Assembly: GCF_037042905.1 (NCBI RefSeq)
Contig: NC_087245.1
Span: 22,942,001 to 23,006,000, forward strand
Direction: 5' to 3'
Length of the DNA: 64,000 bases
From: Lytechinus pictus
Lineage: Eukaryota
Part shown: positions 13,601 through 24,970 of the stretch, piece by piece
Layout: each line of letters starts with the position of its first letter
Position numbering within the stretch: position 1 is the stretch's first letter
The notes under the pieces: model-generated
Seen by the model: the letters and a program-made list of their open reading frames with translations, nothing else
Told to the model about the DNA's origin: nothing
Database searches by the model: none
Made by a program: the position numbers and the translations under genes

Positions 13601-16600
13601 ATTCCAAATATATCACTCTTAGTGACCCTATTCCAAAGATTATGGTCATTTTGGCCACTTATGGCCCTCAAAATGACCTATAACATCAGTTTAATTTATC
13701 AAAATATATGTCGAATGTTAATACCAGAATCAAGGGTGTGCTGTGACACCAAGCATTGGTTTATTATATCTTTAAATTGAACATCATGAGAGTATTTTGA
13801 ACATCATGAGAGTATTTTGACCTCATGTTACTTATTCCATCAGTTTTGACCTTTGAGTGCCATTTTGGGCACTTTAGACATAACTTACCAGTCGCGCAGC
13901 TTTACATTCATGTTCTATGCAAATACGTACGAACTTAAGATCTCCACCGGGGGTTTCCAGCGTGTTTTATCCTCTTCCCTTATAAAATGGGAATGCATTC
14001 AAAGGTCCATTTTGTGTAGAATTTCATGCTGATTCCTAATGTATCACTGTAAATGACCCTATTTAACAGCTTATGGTAATTTTGGCCACTTATGGCCCTC
14101 AAAATGACCAATAACATCAGTTTAATTTATCCCAAAATACTTCGAATGTTACCAGAATCGTTACAAGGGTGTGCTGTGACACCGAGTATTGGTGTATTAA
14201 TTCTTTAAATTGAATATCTCAAAAGCTGAGTATTTTGACCTCATGTAACTTATCCCATCAGTTTTGACCTATGAGGGTCATTTTGAGTACTTTAGACATT
14301 ACTGACCATTCGCGCAGTTTTGCATAATAAACTGTTCAAATAGGCAGGAATTTGAGGTCTTCAGTGTGTATTATTTTCTTCCCTTATAAGATGGGAATAC
14401 ATTTAAGGTCTATATTGTGTAGAATTTTATGGTTATTAAAAATAAATCAGTCTTATTGACCCTATTTAAGATCTTTTGGTCATTTTGGCCTCTTTTTGGC
14501 CCTCAAAATGACTAATAACATAATTTATCCAATGATACTTGGAATGTTACTAGAATAAAAAAGGGTGTGCTGTGACACTTAACACTGGTATATGAATCAT
14601 TGAAATTGAGCATACCCAAAGTATTTTGACTACCTTGGTCATTTTGGCCACATTGAACCCCGGGCTTTACCCCTGCCCAATGTGTATGTTAATTCACCCT
14701 ATAGCGAACATGGTGAGGATAGATTCAGGATTGCGTTAATATTAGCATCAGTTATTGTTAAATTGGAAAAGTTTGAAAGCTTTTGGGTGAAAATCAATAC
14801 AATGATTTCATATAGTCCAGTGTTATTGGCCTAACTATTGGACCCCGTGGTCCTTTTGACCACTTTTTCCTCAGTGACCTGTGACCACTCATGCTTTGAT
14901 GAAAAAAAAATGCTCCAATGTTGGTCAGTGGCATTATCAGCATGAACTACCAATAATCGGTGAAGAATGTTGATAAATGTGATGAAATCCTTTACATCGA
15001 GTATATATAAGGTTGGCTGAAAAAAAATGGACATTTCTATATAAAGAATGGAAAATTTTGATCAAATTTATAATCGTGAACAAGATAGCTATATAACTAA
15101 ACATTGATGCGAGCGCGAAGCGCGACCAAAAAAAAAATCGAGATTAAGACCTAACAAGTGGAACGCCTCTGGCAGTCTCGCCTGCATTACGCAATTTAAT
15201 ATAGCAGCAGTGCTAACTTTGAAAACTACTATAAAACAATCATTCACAAAAACATTCATATAATGACATAATACCTCGTTCATTGACCATAAATGACATT
15301 TGAACGGAGACTTAAGACTGTCAACTACACCCATGTCCACATTTCATTCACTCTATCCATAAACTTTCAAAGTTATGATGGCACTTCATCAATTACCCCA
15401 ACATGGCCTAAGTTTATTGACCTTAACTGACCTTTGACTTGGTTTTGTGACCTGAAACTCACAGGAGATGTTCAGTGATGCTTGATTACTCTTATATTCC
15501 AAGTTTTATGAACTAGATCCATAAACTTTCAGAGTTAGGATGGTAATTCAACAAATACCCCCTACACGGCCAAAGTTCATTGACCTTAAATGACCATTGA
15601 CCATGGTCCTGTGACCTGAAACTCACACAGGATATTCAGTGGTACTTGAGTAACCTAATGTCCAAGTTTCATGAACTAGATCCATAAATTTTCAAAGTTA
15701 TGATGGTAATTCAACAAATACCCCCAACTTGGCCAAAGTTCATTGATCCTAAATGACCTTTGACCTTGGTCACATGACCTGAAACTCGAGCAGGATGTTC
15801 ACTAATACTTGATTAACCTTATGCCCAGGTTTCATGAACTAGTTTCATATACGTTCTAAGTTATGATGTCATTTCAAAAACTTAACCTTCGGTTAAGATT
15901 TTGAAAATAATTTCCCAACATGGTCTAAGTTCATTGAACCTAAATGACCTTTGACCTTGGTCACATGACCTGAAACTCGAGCAGGATGTTCACTAATACT
16001 TGATTAACCTTATGCCCAAGTTTCATGAACTAGTTTTATATACGTTCTAAGTTATGATGTCATTTCAAAAACTTAACCTTCGGTTAAGATTTTGAAAATA
16101 ATTTCCCAACATGGTCTAAGTTCATTGAACCTAAATGACCTTTGACCTTGGTCATGTGACCTGAAACTCAGGCAGGATGTTCAGTAATACTTGATTAACC
16201 TTATGTCCAAGTTTCATGAACTAGGTCCATATACTTTTTAAGTTATGATGTCATTTCAAAAACTTAACCTTAGGTTAAGATTTGATGTTGACGCCGCCAC
16301 CGCCGTCGTCGGAAAAGCGGCGCCTATAGTCTCGCTCTGCTATGCAGGCGAGACAAAAGCGGGACACTCTATTCGTGTCTTGTAAATCATGAAAAAAATT
16401 AGTAATATGGGATTTTTCTACATTTATAATGCGAGCACAAAGCGCGAGCAGAAAATTTTGATATTGTGATCTGAAACTGGATAATGATTTAAATAAAGAA
16501 CAAGTTGAGTATCGAATAAACATGCGCGCGCCTGTTTCATATTTAGACCTAGAATATAGGCATTCTAAATACATCTTTTATCGTGAAAATCAAAGCGAGC

Positions 16601-19600
16601 GCGAAGCGCGAGCTTAAACTATTATATATTCCGATCTGAAAAAAGTCAATTTCAGCTCTATATTTCAAGCACTTTGTAGGAAAATTGTGAGGTGGATATG
16701 GATCGCACTCAATAAAGAGCTGATATTTTTCATTATTATTACTGTGAGTTTTGACATAGGACCGGCACATCCTTAGGACATGTCATCATATGAAAATGAA
16801 GACTGTCTTCCTATTCCTCTTGCTAAACGCGAGATGAAACAAAAGGGACAATTCAATTATTAAATTAACATCTTATTCATTAATGGCTAATGAGGGCACG
16901 AAATCTGATATGATGGCCTGAAAACTGGACATTTCAAGCACTTTTGTAATTATAACTAGAATGCATCAGTTAATATATTATAAACCATGAATGCGAGCGC
17001 AAATTGCGAGCCTAAATTTTTTATACACTGTCATGAAAAGGGGATTTAAGTAGTTTGTTGTATAATCAATATTGAGACATACATAACTCGCCAATCAAAA
17101 TGCGAGCGTGCAGCACTAGCTGATACGTTTTGACAATCAGACCTGAAAAGGGATATTTTGAAAACTTTATGGAATACACGAAAATAATAGGTACTTGATA
17201 AATCAAAATTTGCGAGCGCGCAGCGCGAGCAGAAAATGTTAATATTTAGACCACAAAACTGATATTTTTACAGAGCACTTTTTAAAAATCAATTTGTAAA
17301 TCACGCAAAATAATGAAAGTTCGATTTCCGAGATGAAATATGTTTTTTTGTGTATTGACTTCCAAACTTGACATTTAAACTGTAAATCACCTAAAAGGCA
17401 ATGCGAGCGCGAAGCGCGAGCGAAAATTTTATATAGTGACATGAACGATTTTCATAATTATTTTCCAAGTCTTCCCCTCATTTTATTCACTCGTCTTCTT
17501 CCTCTTATGTTTCCCCTTCTTTTTTCTCCTCTCTCATCCCTTCTTTTTCTTTTTTTTCTTTATTTCCCTTTTTTTGTTCCGCCAATAGGGGGGGGGGGCG
17601 GGGGCCCGGGCCCCTCCCTGGATCCGCCTATGCTACTACTACTTGTAACATAAAATTAAAATGGCAAATCAACAATATGAGTAAAATACCATTAACGATT
17701 TATGATAATCACACCTAGGCATATTACTACTTCGACTACAACTGATAATAACAATGACATATGAATATTAAAAACATGAATGATAGATAGTGCAAAGAAG
17801 AAAATATTGTTAATATGATCGATGAAAATACATGTTTTGCACACATTAAATGACATCCCTTCTTCGATTTGAAGATTCGGTGAAAAAATATCTGTACTCA
17901 TAACAATACCCACCACCACCACCACCATCATCAACACTTATGTCGGACTAGCTAGATTGAAAAACAAAATGTCAACATAATCAGATTATTTATTGAGGCT
18001 TAAGATATCAAATACCTGATTATTAAATTGCCTCACAACAGGTGAACACTGAGAAGGGGGAAAGAACGGCACGGGGATGGAGCCGGGATTTTCAAAAGTT
18101 TTTTAACCGATGTATAGCAAAAAAAAATGACATATTTAATTGGATTGGCAATGAAGATTTAATATTTTTGTTTCATTTTTGGCATCACTTTCAGGAAGTA
18201 CGACATTGACAACAACGCAAGTCCAAACAATACCACCAACTACTACACCGCAGCAAACTACAACGCAGACGCCATCAACAGCTCAGCAACAAACGACAAC
18301 TGGAATTCCAACTACAACAACAACAACACAGCAGCAAACAACGCATACATCAACAACAAATGAAGAAACAACAGCACAACCATCAACCTTACCGCAACAA
18401 CTAACTACAATACATCCATTGACAACAACACAGCAACAAACTACAGTTAGAAATTCAACAGGGCAGCAGACAACAACGCAAAAATCAGCATCATATGAAG
18501 TAACAACACCGCAGCAACAACCTACAACGCATCCATCTACAACCCCAACGCAACAGCAAACGACGGTAGGCACTTTAACAACAACAAATGAAGAAACAAC
18601 AACGCAACCATCAACACCGCAACAACAACCTACAACGCATTCATCTACAACACCAACGCAACAGAAAACGACGTTAGGCCCTTTAACAACAACAAATGAA
18701 GAAACAACAATGCAACCATCAACACCACAACAGCAACCTACAACGCATCCATCTACAACACCAACGCAGCAGCAAACAACGTTTGGCCCTTCAACAACAA
18801 CATGGCAGCAAACAGCACCGGAGACATCAACATCATATAAAGAAACAACAACGCGACCCTCAACCACACCGCAACAGCAACCTACAACGCATCCATCTAC
18901 AACACCAACGCAGCAGCAAACAACGTTTGGCCCTTCAACAACAACACAGCAGCAAACAGCACCAGAGACATCAACATCATACAAAGAAACGACAACGCAA
19001 CCCTCAACAACACCGCAACAGCAACCTACAATGCATCCATCTACAACACCAACGCAGCAGCAAACAACGTTTGGCCCTTCAACAACAACACGGCAGCAAA
19101 CAGCACCAGAGACATCAACATCATACAAAGAAACAACAGTGCAACCCTCAACACCGCAACAGCAACCTACAACGCATCCATCTACAACAGTGACGCAGCA
19201 GCAAACAACGTTTGGCCCTTCAACAACAACTGGGCAGCAAACAACAACACAGACAACAACAACGCAACCCTTGTCAACACCGCAGCAGAAATCTACAACG
19301 CATCCATCTACAACAGCAACGCAGCAACAAACGACGATTGGCCCTACAAGAACACAACAGCACAGAACAACGCAGATATTAACAACAAATAAAGGCACAA
19401 CACCACAAACCCCAAGAACACAGCAGTTAACTACAACGCGTCCATCGATATCAGCACAGCAACAAACCTCAGTTGGATCTTCAACAACAACACAACGGCA
19501 AACAACAATGCAGACATCAACGGAAATTGAAAAGACAGCGACACAGCAGCAAACGGCATCACAGACATCAAAACAAAATGAGAAAACAACGACTCAACTC

Positions 19601-21901
19601 TCAACAACACCGCATCAGCAACCTGCTACGCATCCATCGACAACAGCACAGCAACAAACGACAGTTGGATCATCAACAACACATGACCAAACAACAACGC
19701 AGCCATCTACAGAAAATAAAGAAACACAATCGTCAACAAGACAGCAGCAAACAACAACATCAAATGAAGATACATCAATGAAACTACCACAAACTACGAC
19801 ACAGCAGCAATCTACAATACATCCATCAATAACAACACAGCAACAAACGAAAACGCAGATGTCAACGGCGAATGAAGAGACAACAACACAGCAGCAAACG
19901 ACAACTCAGACATCAAAACAAAATGAGGATACAGCGACCCAGCTCTCAACAACATCGCAGCAGCAACTCACAACGCATCCATCAACAACAATGCAGCAAC
20001 AAACGACAGTTATATTTTCAACAACAACACAGCCGCAGCCAACAACGCAGATTTCATCATCAAATAAAGAAAGAACAACGCAACCTTCAACAACAACCCA
20101 GCAGCAAACAACAAGACAGCCATCAACAACAGTGAATGAAGAAACAACAACAATAACCCCGACTCATACATCTACAGGAACAAAAGAAACATCACAGCCA
20201 TCAACAACATTACTTCTGCAAACTACACTGCAACCCTTGACAACATTGCAGCAGCAAATTTCTACGGAAAGATTAACAACAAAGGAAGAAACAACAATGG
20301 TAACAGTGATAGCAACAGATCCCTTAACAACAGTGCATGAGGAGACGTCGACACAACATCAAACGACAACGTGGTCATCGACTTCAACGCAACAGCAAAC
20401 AATGCATGCATCAACATTATTGCATGAACAATCACCAACGCAACAATCAACCACATTACATCAGCGAACAACGTTATTCTCATCGTCAATGCAACAACAA
20501 TCGACATTGCATTCATCAGCATCAACGCAACAGCAAACAACATCAGAATCGCAACAAACAAACCATCAGCAAACTACATCAGAGCCAAGAAAAACGACGC
20601 AGCAGCAAACAAGAACGCAGTCTTCGGCACGACAAAGCACAACGCAGCCATCACCCATAACACCGTTGATGCAAACAACGCAGCCATCAACAGCACAAAT
20701 GCAGCAGCTAACGACAACGCATCATTCATCAATCGGACGACAGACAACGTCGGGGACCGCAGAAATATATCAAGCAGGAGCAACACAGAGAAAATTGCCA
20801 TCAAAATGTGAGTTTGCAACTCAAAACAAATATCACATTAAAAAAAATATAATACACGCCACTGCAGGATCACCCAAAGGCAGGGGCGGATCAAGTATTC
20901 GCCAATATCGGGGGAGGCGGAAAATATTTTCATCCATACTTTAAACATCTGCCGCTAAAAGCTGATTTATGTTTTTTTAAGGGGGTATTCCTAGGGAAAG
21001 GCTCCTGTATAGTACTCATTGAGCCTTGCTCAATAGGATATAAAAAAACATTTATAACTTTAATTCCTTTACCGAGAATTAATTTCAACTAGTATATTTT
21101 GTGTTTATTTGTCTGTTTTAAAGGATATAAAATGCGATATGTGGCATCCATATCACGATTTTCAAAAATGTATTTTCCGACCATACTGATTAATTGATCA
21201 ATAGTACACAAAATAATACCCCTTTCATAAACCCAAATTATGCGGATAATATCCGCATAATTTGGTCGTAAAATCGGAGCGGGACCAGAGTTATCCGCAT
21301 TATTTCGATGCTGCAATTATCCGCATAATAGCGGCATCGGGACCAGATTTTGACTTTATCATGAACGCATTTCCAAAGTAATGCGGATAATTGCCATGGT
21401 GTGGTCACAAGGTCACCCTTTTCCAAAACAACCCCATCGGAGGGGGTGTGTGCAGTTGCCATGACAATTATCCGCCTTTTTTAGGTCGGGCGCTCGTAAA
21501 AAATAGTGCAGATTATTTTCGGAGTTGGTGAATGCAATTTTTATTGAATTATCCGCATTACTCTTAGGCGGATAATTGGAAGATGGGTTTATGAAAGGGG
21601 TATTAGTAATACTATGAATGAGTTTCGTTGTATTGAATGTGTGTGATTTACTTTGATTGCAGATAAGACATTCAGAAGATACTGGCTTCTTGCAGACAAC
21701 GCCGTACTCGATGCCTCATACACGCTCCCTGGTGTGACGTCATTCATCCAGTGCAGTCAAATATGCTTCGATGAGGCCTCGTGTCCAGCTTTCACATATA
21801 TCAAAAGTGATAGATTGTGCTTAATAGGCGAGCCCTCAGCCCTGAACATGCTTCAACTACACCAGGGGGCTAAGACATATTCAAGCGAGCTTAATTTGTA
21901 A
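10668..21901 (+). CDS. Secreted SUEL-lectin / Thr-Gln mucin / PAN-apple protein (1066 aa, 4 coding exons)
   Basis: Exons 10668-10749 (82 nt, hydrophobic signal peptide MGILQYCIFVLFNVHVCLC), 12256-12522 (SUEL domain), 18195-20807 (T/Q mucin) and 21663-21901 (PAN-like, stop). All introns are GT-AG phase 1; the joined CDS is 3201 nt and in frame. A probable 5' UTR exon has its donor at 9410 (AAG|gtaagt), since an acceptor AG directly precedes the ATG. Confidence 0.85.
11795..11968. mobile_element. Palindromic MITE with ~65-bp TIRs (Harbinger-like, CTG/CAG flanks)
   Basis: gtttcataaagcttttcgtaagttaagaacgactttaagaacgactggtga pairs with tcaccagtcgttcttaaagtcgctcttaacttacgaacagctttatgaaac; a degenerate second copy lies at ~41177-41357. 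Confidence 0.8.
12256..12522 (+). CDS. Exon encoding a SUEL / rhamnose-galactose-binding lectin domain (gene 1, exon 2)
   Basis: LCE...IDC...ANYGRT...C...C...C.G...C....NDVFGDPCGGVQKYLEVTYIC: 8 Cys plus the ANYGR and DPC-KYL signature motifs; ttcag| acceptor and |gtaatt donor. Confidence 0.9.
12628..14680. repeat. Intronic element with ~4 tandem ~400-420-bp units
   Basis: Unit marker tcagttttg(a/t)cct at ~13038, 13437, 13840, 14259; the units share gtgtagaatttt.tgctgattcc, ggtcattttggcc and agggtgtgctgtgacacc. Confidence 0.8.
15027..17629. mobile_element. Non-autonomous element with repeated GCGAGCGCGAAGCGCGAGC hairpins and a ...ccctggatccgcct terminus (host of the HINE insertion)
   Basis: Hairpin motif at 15109, 16595 and 17403, with variants at 16431, 16993, 17102, 17212; terminus gggcccctccctggatccgcct at ~17608-17629; a related 5' end caggggcggatc lies at 20881. 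Confidence 0.6.
15153..16358. mobile_element. Helentron-associated (HINE/DINE-like) non-autonomous element with ~180-bp internal tandem repeats
   Basis: Subterminal IRs gtctcgcctgca (15175-15186) / tgcaggcgagac (16343-16354); terminal hairpin gtctcgctctgctatgcaggcgagac; tandem aagttcattga.ctaaatgacctttgaccttgg units; inserted in an A-run with no TSD. Confidence 0.75.
18195..20807 (+). CDS. Thr/Gln-rich mucin-like exon (gene 1, exon 3; 871 codons)
   Basis: Open frame dominated by T, Q, S, P with 108-bp and 144-bp tandem units; tttcag| acceptor and |gtgagt donor, phase 1-1. Confidence 0.88.
21217..21602. mobile_element. PIF/Harbinger (Tourist-like) MITE
   Basis: Perfect 19-bp TIR tacccctttcataaaccca / tgggtttatgaaaggggta with TAA/TTA flanks; internal ttatccgcat / atgcggataa repeats. 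Confidence 0.85.
21663..21901 (+). CDS. Terminal exon encoding a PAN/apple-like domain (gene 1, exon 4)
   Basis: S-x2-Q-C-x3-C-x5-C-x-A-F-x-Y-x4-R-L-C pattern (SFIQCSQICFDEASCPAFTYIKSDRLCLI); ttgcag| acceptor. Confidence 0.8.
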
Positions 21902-22951
21902 CTTATTAAAGTTGGAATCCACATGGATTTTAGATCAAGAGGAAAGATGGATGTGAAAGAACACGAAATGTACGAATTAGCCAGTTACTTTATATAAATA
22001 AATATAAGTGTGTGGAGATAAAGATCATTTACTGAATTAAAAAACAACAACCCACAGATAGGAAAATCTAAGTGAGCAAGAACGAATCTATAACCCAAAC
22101 TGGATTCTGGACATCGAGCCTCGTACGTGAGTTATAAAAGGGCAAGAGAATGAAGTGACTCGCCTCGAGGTGCGCGTAGCTGAAATGTGCTACATTCATT
22201 GGAACTCTTCGGTTTGCCAACGTTCTTTTCCGCCATTCATGAGATATATCACCTCTGCCGGGCACCTTCGCTACTTTTAAAATATCTGTAGATATTAGAA
22301 ATCAATCGAACTCTTAATAACAGCGAACTTGTGTATGGATTTATTGACACCGAAATGCAGTTGTCATAGGACTGATAAAATATGAAACTTATTGCATGTG
22401 TACATTTTTCTTCTACTCACGTATTCCGAAATTCATAATAATGTCGTGTAGTGTCATAGCATTAGAAACATATGTACTAGCTCCATTACGAAAAGTGAAA
22501 ATTTATTTTGGAAAATAAATATTTACTTTGAAAATGGGTTGAAAATTATTTAAATTTATCGGTTTATTGAGTTCGCTCTCTTCAAACACGTTTTAAATCA
22601 AATTTAATAACTGCCATGTTATTTTAATTTCCAGTTATTATTATGCAGAGATGTGTGACAAAAATATATGTTACAGTGCAAAAGTACAAGCAATCTTTAC
22701 CATGTTTAGCAGCGGCGTACGCAGAGGGGGTTCAAACCCCCTTAATTTTTTTAAAGCCCATTTTGTACGCAGGGAGGTGGTCACAGAGTTTCAACCCCCC
22801 TAACAAATTAACCCCCAACAATTTTGTTGGTAAAAATGAAATTACGACCCCGAATAGAATTGCAGGGTGTAATTCTTTAATAAATATCCCATCCTTCGTC
22901 CCAAGCCCCCCGCCCCCCATTTTTGCTGAAAGGGGGTGGTAAAAAGTCATT

Positions 22952-23089
22952 CAGGGTCCCTTTACACAAAGGTTAGCGATTAATCGTACGCTTGATTTTG
23001 ATTTTCACAACTGATTTTACATTGTAGTCAATGCAATTAATCATTAAAACTGTTCTAAGGATTGCTAAGATTTGTGTAACGGGCCCCAG
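22952..23089. mobile_element. Small Harbinger-like MITE
   Basis: cagggtccctttacacaaa ... tttgtgtaacgggccccag. Confidence 0.55.
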
Positions 23090-24970
23090 ATTAGTTTAAC
23101 CGAATTTTGACTTTACATTCATCCTTCAAACAGCCATTTCAAAGACCGGTTTGTTACCGCTTGGTCTACAGACTTATAACATAATCCCTCTCATATCCAT
23201 ATTCTTATTTTTTGTTTGAATTCAAGAAAATAGTTTGGTGTTTCTGTGCAAATTTCTGTTGGATACTGACATGACTGTTGCTAATTATGGGAAAATCCAG
23301 AGTTTGAGACTGTTTTTACATGGAAAATGCAAATTTTCAAGGGCACCCTGGCCTTATATCGGCAAAGTACCAAGTGCTGTAGTCAACACGTCTAGTTTGA
23401 AATTCTTAATATGATTATGTAAGAAATTAATATTTGGATTGCAAATCACTTGGATTATGTAAGGGATACTGGTTTATCTAAAGAAAAGAAGGAAAAAACA
23501 GCTTCACTCTTATGCGTTATGATTATGGAAACAAAATTCTCAAAATCAACTCCTTATTGTTGAATATTTCTTCTGGTTTCTCATTTTTTTCTTGTCTCCT
23601 TTTTTTTCATTATACAATGAATTTACATCTTTATCCATATATGTACTCAATAGCTGCTTATACAACGTACATAAACATGATCAGATGAATAAACATTCCG
23701 ATGAGAAATTTTAAATTATTTATCCAATGTTTGTCACTGACATAATTCTCGATGTCATCACCATATGCGGGATTGTCTTAAGACTATTATGCTTATGAGG
23801 ACTTTAAATTTAAATTGAAGGCCCTGTGGACACTTTTGGGGTATACTTTTGTGACCCCCAAAATGCAATTAAATGATAAGCTAGTGAATAAACGGGGGGG
23901 GGGGGGCAGTGCCCTCTCCCTTCTTGCCCTCATTTTATACGACCATACCTGAACTAAAATAACATCAATATCTCGCTGAGTTAAAGACAATATAATATCT
24001 GGCTATTTCCATAATCTAAAATGACTGCATTAGTGCATATAATCACCCCGAGGAAGTGATAATGCTGTCATATCCACTGAACTCAAAACGTGACTAATTT
24101 CTTGCTTCATACGCCTATCCCGAATACGAAACGAAATAATCATAAAAAGAATTAAACGGGACATATTTCGCCGCGCATTTAAAGCTTATTTAAGTAAGGT
24201 AATGATTGAGATAATAAACAGTGCAACGAACCTTTATCTAAAATAGTACACGGTGCCATGCACTTTTTCCAAACTTTGAGATGCAACACATTTTCATTTT
24301 GCGCATACTTCAGATAATGGTTATAGTCGCTGTGACTACAAAGGTCTAAATCAACTTGAGGGATCAGCGAAAAGCAGAACGTCATCTTGTGAATGAAGGC
24401 CGAATCTACAATTCAAAACCCGATTCACTTTTCTCAGTAAGTGGAATATAATTCATAATAACGATAAGTATAGGCAATTAAACAAACAATAGACAAGCAA
24501 TCAGTGATGTATGGAACACTAATTTCGAGTCACCTCGTGGGTCGATCGCGTTCGTCACAATCGCTTCAACATATTTCGAGCGCAATTACCATGATGACCA
24601 TTAACACGAATTCAAATTTGGCAATTTCGTGTGCATTGTCATGTAATTATTTAAACTCTAAACTACAATCCGGTATATCTACTGAAATATACGGATCAGT
24701 GGGTACATCCTACATATTCTAAAAGGTCATAATTTTGAGACGAGTTTATTTTGGGGGTGTTAATCCAATCCCACTTTAAACTCCCCCCTCTCTACCAATA
24801 TTTAGATCATATATATAGAGGATACTGCATTATATTAGGTATCTGCAAACATATTCCTAACCTGGTTCAGTATAATACGCTATTGATCCTCAGGAGAAAA
24901 AAAAAACAATATTCCTCCGAGAAAATTGAAGTCATAATTCTTTTGAGAGCATTTGTAATTTTTACATGAA

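Noticed and set aside
15400..16270. Regularly repeated units resembling a CRISPR array
   Set aside because: Whole ~180-bp units repeat with no unique spacers; eukaryotic context, no cas genes, and the array is internal to a Helentron-like element
18283..19398. 371-aa Cys/Val-rich minus-strand ORF, plus the His/Gln/Asn-rich alternative-frame ORFs on +
   Set aside because: Shadow frames of the ACA/CAA-rich mucin exon; the Thr/Gln frame is the one with phase-matched splice sites
18179..20944. 921-aa ORF treated as a stand-alone single-exon gene
   Set aside because: It starts at TTG inside a polypyrimidine tract and runs past a GTGAGT donor at 20808; it is an internal exon
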